This document shows positions 11,671 through 19,927 of a DNA stretch of 32,000 nt, in pieces (the first letter of the stretch is position 1; the number at the start of each line of letters is the position of its first letter). Source of the stretch: an uncultured Chloroflexia bacterium (GTDB taxonomy: Bacteria > Chloroflexota > Ktedonobacteria > Ktedonobacterales > JADMIN01); contig CAVRAI010000015.1 of NCBI GenBank assembly GCA_963718915.1, positions 660,001-692,000 of the forward strand, given 5' to 3'. The notes under the pieces were generated by a model. That model searched no databases. It was not told the origin of the DNA and was given only the letters and a program-made list of their open reading frames with translations. Position numbers and translations under genes: made by a program.

Positions 11671-12008
11671 TGGACGTTGCTGTGCGCGCTGTCTATGACA
11701 CCACAATTCTGGTTTCAGGCATTGTCGCCACAAAAGATCCTATTGCCCTCCTCATCAATGCTGTAGTCCGCGGACAGATTGAGTTGATAATTTCGCCATA
11801 CATCCTCGAAGAATTGCGGCGTACACTTACTAGCAAGCAATATTTTCGTGATCGCATTACAGAGGCAGATCGAGAGACATATCTATCGCGGCTTGAAGCG
11901 GTGGCAACGCTCATCACGCCGCACCGCGTAATCTCTGGCATAGTAACTGACCCAAATGATGACCCAATAATCGCTCTCGCCACAAGCGCTCGGGTCAATA
12001 CCTTGTAA
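11670..12008 (+). CDS. PIN-domain toxin (TIGR00305-like), frameshift-truncated; the C-terminal remnant continues in another frame to 12109
   Basis: Conserved acidic positions VYDTTILVSG, ILEEL and DPNDDPIIALA are present. The canonical C-terminal YLVTGDKRVL...ILTAREF is encoded in a different frame at 11999..12109. Confidence 0.8.
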   Translation: MDVAVRAVYDTTILVSGIVATKDPIALLINAVVRGQIELIISPYILEELRRTLTSKQYFRDRITEADRETYLSRLEAVATLITPHRVISGIVTDPNDDPIIALATSARVNTL

Positions 12009-12260
12009 CGGGCGACAAGAGAGTCCTGGCGGTAGGTGAATATGAAGGCGTAAAGATTCTCACGGCTCGTGAGTTCTACGACATCGTGAGTCAGCAAGCA
12101 AGCTCATAAAGCCCGGGTGGTTTACTTGCCATTCGCTTCCACTTCGTCTTCTCGCCAGTGGAATGACGTGGTGCATGCCCGCAGTGAGTTGCCGTCGTGG
12201 TACACTAGCCGAGCAAGTGGATGTAGCCCAACCACGTAGATCCAGCAGACAGGCGGAGCG

Positions 12261-14228
12261 ATGGCGAGCGAAGAACAGACCGACGAGGCGCTGCGCGAGA
12301 TCGTGCGGGGCGACTTCGAGCCTGGCGGCATCCTCGCGCAAACGCTGCCGGGCTACGAGGAGCGGCCCGCGCAGGTGACGATGGCGCAGCGCGTCGCCGA
12401 TGCGCTCGAATCGGGCGACCACCTGATAGCTGAGGCTACAACGGGAACTGGCAAGGGAATCGCCTACCTCATACCCATCATCCGCTCCGGCAGAGTCGCC
12501 CTCATCAGCACCGCCAACAAGGCCCTCCAGGAGCAGCTCTTCTACAAAGACATCCCGTTTGTCCAGAAGCACGTCGCCCCATTCGAGGCGGCGCTGGTCA
12601 AGGGCATGGGCAACTACCTCTGCCTCGACCGCTTCACCGAGGAGGAATCGTTCCAGCAGCTGACCGGCGATCTTGCCTTCAAGGCGATGGTTGGACAGAT
12701 GGGCGACTTCGATCAGTGGAACGGCGACCTCGATCTGCTGGATATCCCATTGCGCAACGAACTGCGCGGGCGTATCGCGGGCGATAGCGACCAGTGCGCC
12801 TGGCGTAACTGTCCGCACTTCCACGACTGCTACATCCGCGAGATGCGCGAGCGCGCCCGGCAGGCGCAGGTGATCGTCGTCAACCACACACTGCTGCTGC
12901 TCGACGCCGCGATGGAGGGCTTTCTGCTGCCCGAGCGCGATGTCATCGTCATCGACGAGGCGCACCATCTGGAGGAGGAGGCCACCCGTGCCTTCACCGT
13001 CACCGTCTCCCCTGGCCGCGTGCAGAGCCTGCTCGCGCAGCAACGATTGCGCGCGCATGCCGATCCACTGGTCGTCCAGGAGACACTGGCCGCCCATCAG
13101 CGCGCGTGGGATGCGCTCGCCCGCGTTGCCAGGCCCGACGCGAAGGGACGCCAGCATCTGAGCGAGCCGCTGGAAGAGGGACTCGCGCTCGCCTCGGCGA
13201 TTGATGATCTGGCGACCAGTCTGCTGCGCAACCGTCCCATCACCGTCGAGGGCAAAGAGGAGCAGCTCTACGAGAAATTGGTCAAGCGCACCCGCAGCCT
13301 CGCCAAAGATGCGCGTATCGTCTTCGGCGTCAAGTCGCCCGATGAGCGCGTCTACTATCTGGAGAAGGTGGGCGGCACGCGCCGTCGCGAGGTTCAGCTT
13401 GCCGCATCGGCCGCGCCGCTCTCGGTCGCAGACCTGCTGCGCGAGAAGCTCTTCGACCGCATTCCGACTATTGCTACCTCGGCGACTCTGGCGGTCAATA
13501 GCCGCTTCACCTTCTTCCGCGAGCGTGTCGGGCTGCCCAAGTCACCCGAAATCGTCTTGCCGCATACCTTTGACTACCGTACGCATGCGCTGCTCTACGC
13601 GCCGCGACTGCGCCAGGAGCCAGCCTTTGGCGCGGCCAGCGGCCCCTATCTGGATGAGCTTGCGCGCGAGATGGCGGCGCTGGTCGAGGCATCGGAGGGG
13701 CGGGCGTTCCTGCTCTTTAGCAGCTTCAGCGCGCTCGAGGGCGTGCTGGCGCGTATCGAGGAGCAATTGCGTGACGACAATTATACCGTGCTGGTGCAGG
13801 GACGTGACCTGAACCGCATCGCTCTGCTTCAGGAGTTCAGGACGAGTCCGCGTGCGGTACTCTTTGGCCTCAAGAGCTTCTGGGAGGGCGTGGACGTACA
13901 GGGTGAGGCGCTCTCGCTGGTGGTGATCGACAAGCTGCCTTTCGATCCGCCCGATGATCCGGTGCATGAGGCGCGCGTCGCGAAGATGAAAGAGGCGGGT
14001 GTCAATTGGTTCGGCGAGTATGTGCTGCCACAGGCGATTCTGCGGCTGAAACAGGGCATTGGGCGGTTGTTGCGCACGCGCGACGACCGCGGCGTGATGG
14101 CGATTCTCGATAAGCGGCTCTACAGCAAGAGCTACGGACGCGAGGTGCTGGCAGCCCTACCGCCCGCCCGTCGGACCACCGATATCGAAGACGTGCGCGC
14201 ATTCTTCGCGAATGATGGGACGGACTAG
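12261..14228 (+). CDS. dinG: ATP-dependent DNA helicase, DinG/XPD (Rad3-related) family with an Fe-S cluster domain
   Basis: Walker A AEATTGTGKGIAYLIP. DEAH box VIDEAHHLEE. Four cysteines between motifs I and II (YLCLDRF, DQCAWRNCPHFHDC). C-terminal helicase motifs (FWEGVDVQGE, VIDKLPF, QGIGRLLR). Confidence 0.9.
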   Translation: MASEEQTDEALREIVRGDFEPGGILAQTLPGYEERPAQVTMAQRVADALESGDHLIAEATTGTGKGIAYLIPIIRSGRVALISTANKALQEQLFYKDIPFVQKHVAPFEAALVKGMGNYLCLDRFTEEESFQQLTGDLAFKAMVGQMGDFDQWNGDLDLLDIPLRNELRGRIAGDSDQCAWRNCPHFHDCYIREMRERARQAQVIVVNHTLLLLDAAMEGFLLPERDVIVIDEAHHLEEEATRAFTVTVSPGRVQSLLAQQRLRAHADPLVVQETLAAHQRAWDALARVARPDAKGRQHLSEPLEEGLALASAIDDLATSLLRNRPITVEGKEEQLYEKLVKRTRSLAKDARIVFGVKSPDERVYYLEKVGGTRRREVQLAASAAPLSVADLLREKLFDRIPTIATSATLAVNSRFTFFRERVGLPKSPEIVLPHTFDYRTHALLYAPRLRQEPAFGAASGPYLDELAREMAALVEASEGRAFLLFSSFSALEGVLARIEEQLRDDNYTVLVQGRDLNRIALLQEFRTSPRAVLFGLKSFWEGVDVQGEALSLVVIDKLPFDPPDDPVHEARVAKMKEAGVNWFGEYVLPQAILRLKQGIGRLLRTRDDRGVMAILDKRLYSKSYGREVLAALPPARRTTDIEDVRAFFANDGTD

Positions 14229-14229
14229 C

Positions 14230-14646
14230 ATGGCAGCGAACAGCGTACTCTTGTGGGTGATCTCGCCGTTAGTCTGCGCCGTCGCGCTGCTGCTGGCCGC
14301 CTGGCGCATCGCGCTACTCTACCGGCCGACGGGCGTGCCATGGTGGAAGCGCAAGCGGATTATCGCGCCGATTGTGCTGGCTGTCGCGGCGCTCGTGCTT
14401 GCCTTCAAGGCGTGGACAGCCTGGGCGCCGCTCAACCTCTCGCAGGACCAGCTGAACAGCCTCGATTTCGCCGGGTTGCGTATCTACCAGCAGCAGGTAT
14501 CGGACGCCGCCAGCGCGTATACACCATGGGGCGTGGCCATCGTGCTACTGACAGTGGCGACGCTTGGCGCGGTCATCATCTCGATCACCAATGATCCACC
14601 CGTCCCCAAACAGGACGATCAGGATGACAACCGCCAACCGGAGTAG
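14230..14646 (+). CDS. Small membrane protein (about 3 TM helices), hypothetical
   Basis: ORF from 14212. ATG 14230 lies 1 nt after the dinG stop. Hydrophobic segments LLWVISPLVCAVALLLAAW, IIAPIVLAVAALVLAF and WGVAIVLLTVATLGAVIISI. Acidic C-terminal tail. Confidence 0.55.
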   Translation: MAANSVLLWVISPLVCAVALLLAAWRIALLYRPTGVPWWKRKRIIAPIVLAVAALVLAFKAWTAWAPLNLSQDQLNSLDFAGLRIYQQQVSDAASAYTPWGVAIVLLTVATLGAVIISITNDPPVPKQDDQDDNRQPE

Positions 14647-14668
14647 GTTTTTGGCTGTGATACAAGGT

Positions 14669-15118
14669 TTATGTGAGATCCGCAATCAAATCGTCTGATG
14701 GAGGCCAACGCCCTGCTTCAACCCAGAATTGGCGAGCGGCGACGATAAATCCATTGTTGAGACGAAGCGCCTCGACTGTAGCGCGGCCAATCAGCGTACG
14801 GCCCAAAATGCGCTCGCCCGCAGCCGACCAAGAAAAATGTTCGATCCAACGCTGCGTCCGTGGATTGAAGAGTGGTGCGCTTTCGCTCGTAAGAGGGTCT
14901 GAGGCCTGAACGCGATCTCCTTTGAAGTCATTGCAGCGCGAGCATGCCAGCCAGAAATTCTCGCGGATTGTTGCGCCGCCCAATGTTTCGGGTATGAGAT
15001 GGTCGATGTCTAGCGGCATACCCAGAAAGGCCTCTGGCGCATGGCAATAGCCACAACGCGCCCCCGAATCCTCGCGGATCTGTCGACGTAGCTCAGCGGA
15101 AATATGCGTTCGCGACAC
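14669..15118 (-). CDS. HNH endonuclease family protein
   Basis: GTG start. HNH/zinc motif CGYCHAPE...DIDHLIPETLGG...NFWLACSRCNDFKGDR. C-terminal FNPRTQRWIEHF...GRATVEALRLNN extension. Confidence 0.85.
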   Translation of the reverse strand: MSRTHISAELRRQIREDSGARCGYCHAPEAFLGMPLDIDHLIPETLGGATIRENFWLACSRCNDFKGDRVQASDPLTSESAPLFNPRTQRWIEHFSWSAAGERILGRTLIGRATVEALRLNNGFIVAARQFWVEAGRWPPSDDLIADLT

Positions 15119-15121
15119 GTC

Positions 15122-15580
15122 TCAAGGCTCCCTTGTCGCTCCAGTATTTGGCTCTGAGGAGTCGGTAATTGTATATGGCGAGGGTAAACCGCGCCACTTG
15201 AGGAGCACAGCAGCGTATGCTTTCTTCAAGACGAGGATATCAGCGTCCTGCAGCAGACGGTCAAGGTCCGCCTGCTCGTCAGTTGTGAGTGGGCGTTCGC
15301 GCTGCATTTCGCGGAGCGTGGCAAGCTGTTCATACTGGGTGTTGGGCATTGTCGCTTGCGCGACCTGCTGAAGCGCATCATCGCTCAGCGATTCGAGGGC
15401 TAGCAGCGCATCACGGAGAGCAGGTGTCAGGTCGTCGGGAAGCTGTGGCAGGCTGGATGTTAGTGTCTTTATGATGAGTCGTTCCAGCGGCTGGCTCGTC
15501 AGAGAGGCAAGTCGTTCCAGGCGGCGATACAGGTTATCCGGCAGATGGATGGTAATGGTAATAGCATCGTCAATCGCCAC
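15122..15580 (-). CDS. Hypothetical protein with an RHH (CopG/Arc)-like N-terminus; partner of the HNH gene
   Basis: GTG start. ITITIHLPDNLYRRLERLASLTSQPLERLIIKTL fits a strand-helix-helix pattern, followed by a helical acidic region. Its stop is 3 nt before the HNH start codon. Confidence 0.6.
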   Translation of the reverse strand: MAIDDAITITIHLPDNLYRRLERLASLTSQPLERLIIKTLTSSLPQLPDDLTPALRDALLALESLSDDALQQVAQATMPNTQYEQLATLREMQRERPLTTDEQADLDRLLQDADILVLKKAYAAVLLKWRGLPSPYTITDSSEPNTGATREP

Positions 15581-15628
15581 AGTTCTACCCTGCTTTCAAC
15601 GATTCCAAAGCGCTTCCATGGCATTGTA

Positions 15629-16087
15629 TCATGTGGCAACTCCCACGCCGACGACCACCGCCATCGCATGCTCGTGGGTATCGGAGATGCTTACGTCGAA
15701 GGCGACGAGTCCCAGCAGGCGCGCGCGGTCGGCTGCAGCTCCGTGCAATTGCAACCCGGGTTTGCCGGTGGGTAGGCGGATGATCTCGATATCATGCCAG
15801 TGAATCGCGCCGATGCCAGTTCCCAGCGCCTTGGCGCATGCCTCCTTGGCCGCGAAGCGCCCCGCCAGCCGATGGACGCGCCCCTTTGCCTGGTTCAGTT
15901 CGGTCTCGGTAAAGACCTTGTGGAGAAAGTGGTCGCCGAAGCGCTCCCATGTGCGGACGAGCCGCTCCACCTCCACCAGGTCTACGCCCACGGTCACCGC
16001 CAGGGGCGCTGCTGGAAGTTGAAGCGGCTCGCCAGGTGCGCCAGACTGCGCTGGCGCATCGGAAGACTCGGCGTCTCCCGTGGTCAT
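15629..16087 (-). CDS. acpS: Holo-[acyl-carrier-protein] synthase (4'-phosphopantetheinyl transferase)
   Basis: GVDLVEVERL...FTETEL...RFAAKEACAKALGTG...HWHDIEI...GKPGLQLHG...ISDTHEHAMAVVV. The ATG overlaps the ugd stop (ATGA, 16084-16087). About 30 aa of N-terminal extension. Confidence 0.9.
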   Translation of the reverse strand: MTTGDAESSDAPAQSGAPGEPLQLPAAPLAVTVGVDLVEVERLVRTWERFGDHFLHKVFTETELNQAKGRVHRLAGRFAAKEACAKALGTGIGAIHWHDIEIIRLPTGKPGLQLHGAAADRARLLGLVAFDVSISDTHEHAMAVVVGVGVAT

Positions 16088-17577
16088 TTGCCCCGTCCAT
16101 TACTACTGCTCGAAGCTTTGGCTTTGCTCACCGAGCGTGTGGTTCGCGCAGTAGCAACGGCAGTCTTTGCCTGCGCCGCGATCCCGCCATTGCCCTGGCC
16201 GTTACTGTGGCTTTTCCCATTACTGTGTCCATTGCCGTTGCGGCGCTCTACCCCGTGGCCGATGCCATGGTAGCGGAAGCCCAACCGGCGCATCTCCGTC
16301 GGGTCGTAGAGATTGCGTCCGTCAATCAGCACGCGCCCCTCTTCGCGCGGGAGCATCTCATCACGCAGTCGCGCGAAGTTGATGTCACGGAAACGCTTCC
16401 ACTCGGTGATGACGAGGATACCATGCGTACCACGCGCGGCCTCATACTCATCCTCACAGAAGGTCAGCCCCGCGCCCGGCAGCACCTGCCGCGCCGTCTC
16501 GGTCGCCACCGGGTCGAAGGCGCGCACGTTTGCGCCAGCCTCCAGCAGCCAGCGAATGATAAGGATTGAGGGCGCCTCGCGCATGTCGTCGGTATTATCC
16601 TTGAAGGCCAGCCCCAGGACGGCGAACGTCTTGCCCTCCAGGCTGCCGGGGCCGCCGTGCTCCTGCTCCAGCTTGTCGATGACGACGTGGCGCTGGTCGT
16701 CGTTGATCTTCATCACTGCGTCCAGAAGCTGTGGGTGCAGTCCCGCCTCGCCTGCCATGTGCGCCAGAGCCTTCACGTCTTTCGGGAAGCACGAACCGCC
16801 GTAACCCAGGCCAGCATCCAGGAAGGCGCGCCCGATGCGCTTATCGTAGCCCATCCCGGCGGCGACTTCCTTCACATCGGCGCCCAGGCGGTCACAGATG
16901 CGCGCCATCTCGTTGATGAACGAAATCTTGGTTGCCAGGAAGGCATTCGAGGCGTATTTGATCATCTCGGCGGTATAGAGATCGGTGATGACTATCGGCG
17001 CGCGCACCGGATGATACAACTGCGCGACCTTATCAGCCGCCGCACGATCCGTCGAACCGAGGACGACGCGATCAGGTTGGAGAAAGTCCTGGACGGCAGA
17101 GCCTTCGCGCAGGAACTCGGGGTTGGACACGACCGACACCTTGAGCGATGTATTCACCAGATGCTCGTGGATGATGGCCGAGACCAGATCGCCGCTGCCA
17201 ACTGGCATCGTGCTCTTGTTGACGATGATCGCGTCGTTACGCAGGTGCTCGGCAATCGAGCGCGCCGCAAGCTCGACGAACGACATGTCGGCGCCGTCGC
17301 CACCCTGCACCGTCGGCGTATTGACCGCGATGAAGATGAATTCGACGTCCTTCATCGCCTCCGCGTAGCTGGTAGTGAAGCGCAGCCGCTTTGCGTCCAC
17401 GTTGCGCGTGACCATTGGATGCAGGCCCGGCTCATAAATAGGAAGCTCACCGGCCTTCAATCGCTCGATCTTCGTGGCAACTACATCCAGGCAGGTGACC
17501 TGATTGCCCAGATCGGCCAGACATGTGCCAGTGACCAGGCCAACGTACCCTGTCCCAACAACACAGATTTTGCTCAT
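16084..17577 (-). CDS. ugd: UDP-glucose 6-dehydrogenase
   Basis: N-terminal Rossmann motif ICVVGTGYVGLVTG. Catalytic-Cys motif GYGGSCFPKDV. UDPG_MGDP_dh C-terminal domain. About 50 aa of extra N/G/S-rich C-terminal tail. Confidence 0.95.
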   Translation of the reverse strand: MSKICVVGTGYVGLVTGTCLADLGNQVTCLDVVATKIERLKAGELPIYEPGLHPMVTRNVDAKRLRFTTSYAEAMKDVEFIFIAVNTPTVQGGDGADMSFVELAARSIAEHLRNDAIIVNKSTMPVGSGDLVSAIIHEHLVNTSLKVSVVSNPEFLREGSAVQDFLQPDRVVLGSTDRAAADKVAQLYHPVRAPIVITDLYTAEMIKYASNAFLATKISFINEMARICDRLGADVKEVAAGMGYDKRIGRAFLDAGLGYGGSCFPKDVKALAHMAGEAGLHPQLLDAVMKINDDQRHVVIDKLEQEHGGPGSLEGKTFAVLGLAFKDNTDDMREAPSILIIRWLLEAGANVRAFDPVATETARQVLPGAGLTFCEDEYEAARGTHGILVITEWKRFRDINFARLRDEMLPREEGRVLIDGRNLYDPTEMRRLGFRYHGIGHGVERRNGNGHSNGKSHSNGQGNGGIAAQAKTAVATARTTRSVSKAKASSSSNGRGK

Positions 17578-17763
17578 TCCAGTTATTTCCTCAACAACCT
17601 CTTCAGCGTCTTACTTCGCATGCCGCAAAGACGTTCCAGTGTACAACAGGATAACGGCGAGGGAGTCAGCTTATCCCTCACATCAGGTGAAACCAGCGAC
17701 CCCCAGCCCGGTAACGGCGCTGGTACGACGCGACCACGCGATGATATCCACAAGGCTGCCGGT

Positions 17764-18462
17764 TCAGCCTCCGCGCACGAACGGATTCATGCGCCGCTCT
17801 TCGCCGATGGTGGTGGCCTCGCCGTGACCTGGGAGAACCAGCAACTCGGCTGGCAGCGGGTAGAGACGTGTCAGAATACTCTCGTAGATTGCGTCTTCAT
17901 CTCCTCCAGGCAGATCGGTTCGTCCGATACCACGCCGGAAGAGCGTGTCGCCCGAAAGCAACCACGCGCTATCTTGCGCCTCCTCAGCATCCGGTGCGTC
18001 CGAAGCGTCCCGCGGCTCATACAACAGACAGATGCTGCCGGGCGTATGTCCTGGTGTAGCAATCACCCGCAGCCTTAGTGTACCCACCTCGACCAACATA
18101 CCCTCTGTGATAGTACTATCCGGCAGGGCCAGGCGCTCCGGGAGCGGATAGCCGAACTGCTCGCCCCAACCGCGCGCCTCGCGGCTGTACAGGTACTCAT
18201 CCGCTGGATGCGCCAGCACTGGAACGGGCGCATCCAGTCCGGCTAGCAGCGCCTCAGTCGCGCTGATATGGTCAAAGTGGCCGTGTGTATGCAGAATCTT
18301 TACCACCGACACGCCGCGTTCGCGAATCCGCGCCAGAATCCGCTCAGCCTCGTCGCCCGGATCAACCACCATCGCCGCCTGTGTCCGCGGGCAGACGACC
18401 AGATAGCAGTTCGCATCCAGCTCGCCGACGGCGAACCCCTCGATCATCGAGTCGTCTCCCAT
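17764..18462 (-). CDS. MBL-fold metallo-hydrolase (glyoxalase II-like)
   Basis: ORF to 18501, but AGGAG sits 6 nt upstream of ATG 18462 (MGDDSMIEGF). Metal motif HTHGHFDH, TPGHTPGS, later GHG. Confidence 0.85.
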   Translation of the reverse strand: MGDDSMIEGFAVGELDANCYLVVCPRTQAAMVVDPGDEAERILARIRERGVSVVKILHTHGHFDHISATEALLAGLDAPVPVLAHPADEYLYSREARGWGEQFGYPLPERLALPDSTITEGMLVEVGTLRLRVIATPGHTPGSICLLYEPRDASDAPDAEEAQDSAWLLSGDTLFRRGIGRTDLPGGDEDAIYESILTRLYPLPAELLVLPGHGEATTIGEERRMNPFVRGG

Positions 18463-18760
18463 GGGATGCTCCTGTCGGGTTAAAATCATGAACGGATACA
18501 AGGTGTGATGGTATCTGGCGCTGGTACATCATGGACGGCAGCCGACGGTCTGGCAATCGTCGCGCGTTATGCATTGTATGGCATATCGTCGATGCTCGTC
18601 ATGTATGCGTCATGCGTGTGTTATGTGTGCGTTATGTGCGTGGGCCGTCCCACTCGTTGACAGCGGCTGGCTCGCTCTCCGATAATGTGAGATGACAGGC
18701 GTGGAGGAGCGTCCCGTGGGGGAAGCGATGGCGCGCCGCGCAGGGAGAGGAATTGCAGGG

Positions 18761-19903
18761 ATGAGTCACTTCCCTTTGGCATATTTCGTTCTGAATCTTG
18801 ACCCCATTCTGGTGCGCTTTGGCCCGTTCGCCGTCCACTGGTACGGCATCGCCTATGTCGTCGCCATCGCCGTCGCGTTGTTTGTGATCCTGCGCTGGGC
18901 GCGGCGCGAGGGCATTCACGACGACCAGATTTGGGGGTTGTTTATCTGGGCCGCGATTGGCGGGTTGATTGGCGGGCGACTCTATTTTGTCCTGCAACAG
19001 CCTGATCTGGTCGAGAAATATCTGCTCAATCCCATCAACATCATCGCCGTCTGGAACGGTGGCATGGCGTTCTTTGGCGCAATCTTCCTCGGGTCAGCGA
19101 TACTCTTCATCCTGGCGCCGCGCTACGGGCTGGACCGCTGGATTGTGCTGGATGGCGCCGCGCTCTTCGCGGCGGTTGGGCAAATCTTCGGGCGTTTCGG
19201 CAACATCGTCAATGGCGATATTCTTGGCAAGGCTGCTGGCGGGGCCGTCACTCTGCCGTCGGGCGTCTGCGCCAATCTCAGCGCGCCATGCTTCGCGTAT
19301 GTGCCCGACCCGCATATCCTGCCATGGGCGCTAGTTTATCTCAACCCCAACAACAGCTTTGTCCCACTGGGCGTGCCATTTCAGCCTGCCCAAGTCTACG
19401 AGATACTCTTCAATCTGGTGGCGCTGGCGCTGCTCTGGCCGCTTCGCCATCGTTTGCCGAAGGTGCGCGCAGGTCTCTTCTTCACGCTTTATCTGGCGCT
19501 CTATGCCATCAGCCAGTTCTCCGTCTTCTTCTTCCGCGCAACGGAGCCGACCACGCCCTTCCTCGGCATCAGCGGATTGAAGCAGGCGCAGTGGACCGCG
19601 ATTATTGTCTTCCTGCTCTGCATCCCACTGGCGATTTTGGTGTTGCGGGTCTCGAAGCCCTGGCCGTTCTCGGATGCGCGTCCCGTGCCATGGCCGAATT
19701 TTTCCCCCGTTGACCAGCAATCGCCCGCGCGCAACCCCGCCGCGAATGCGTTGATTGCGCCGCCCGCACGCCAGCGCGGGGCGATTCCGAGCGCGGCAAC
19801 ACCGCCGCCCTCCGACCTACCGCCGTGGCAGCCGACGCGCCCGACCGGAGGGCAGTTGCGCAATTTGTTCGGCGATATGGCGCGCACAAGCTCGAGCCAG
19901 TAG
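18761..19903 (+). CDS. lgt: Prolipoprotein diacylglyceryl transferase
   Basis: ORF from 18692; ATG 18761 (MSHFPLAYF) is preferred. Motifs FAVHWYGIAYV and GQIFGRFGNIVNGDILG (Lgt GRxGN signature). Multiple TM helices. About 85 aa P/A-rich C-terminal tail. Confidence 0.9.
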   Translation: MSHFPLAYFVLNLDPILVRFGPFAVHWYGIAYVVAIAVALFVILRWARREGIHDDQIWGLFIWAAIGGLIGGRLYFVLQQPDLVEKYLLNPINIIAVWNGGMAFFGAIFLGSAILFILAPRYGLDRWIVLDGAALFAAVGQIFGRFGNIVNGDILGKAAGGAVTLPSGVCANLSAPCFAYVPDPHILPWALVYLNPNNSFVPLGVPFQPAQVYEILFNLVALALLWPLRHRLPKVRAGLFFTLYLALYAISQFSVFFFRATEPTTPFLGISGLKQAQWTAIIVFLLCIPLAILVLRVSKPWPFSDARPVPWPNFSPVDQQSPARNPAANALIAPPARQRGAIPSAATPPPSDLPPWQPTRPTGGQLRNLFGDMARTSSSQ

Positions 19904-19927
19904 CTACTAGCCGCAAGGAAAGTCTGG

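Noticed and set aside
11153-15628. Calling the 11.2-15.6 kb segment (TA, helicase, HNH cassette) a mobile genetic island
   Set aside because: No integrase, transposase, flanking direct repeats or tRNA target are visible. The lower GC applies only to the small cassettes, while dinG has core-like composition.
17578-17763. Possible riboswitch or tRNA-like element in the ugd 5' region, and a general scan of all intergenic regions for tRNA/rRNA
   Set aside because: Only a short 6-bp hairpin (gaggga..tccctc) is present. There are no T-loop (GTTCRANYC) or cloverleaf features in any spacer and no rRNA-like sequence.
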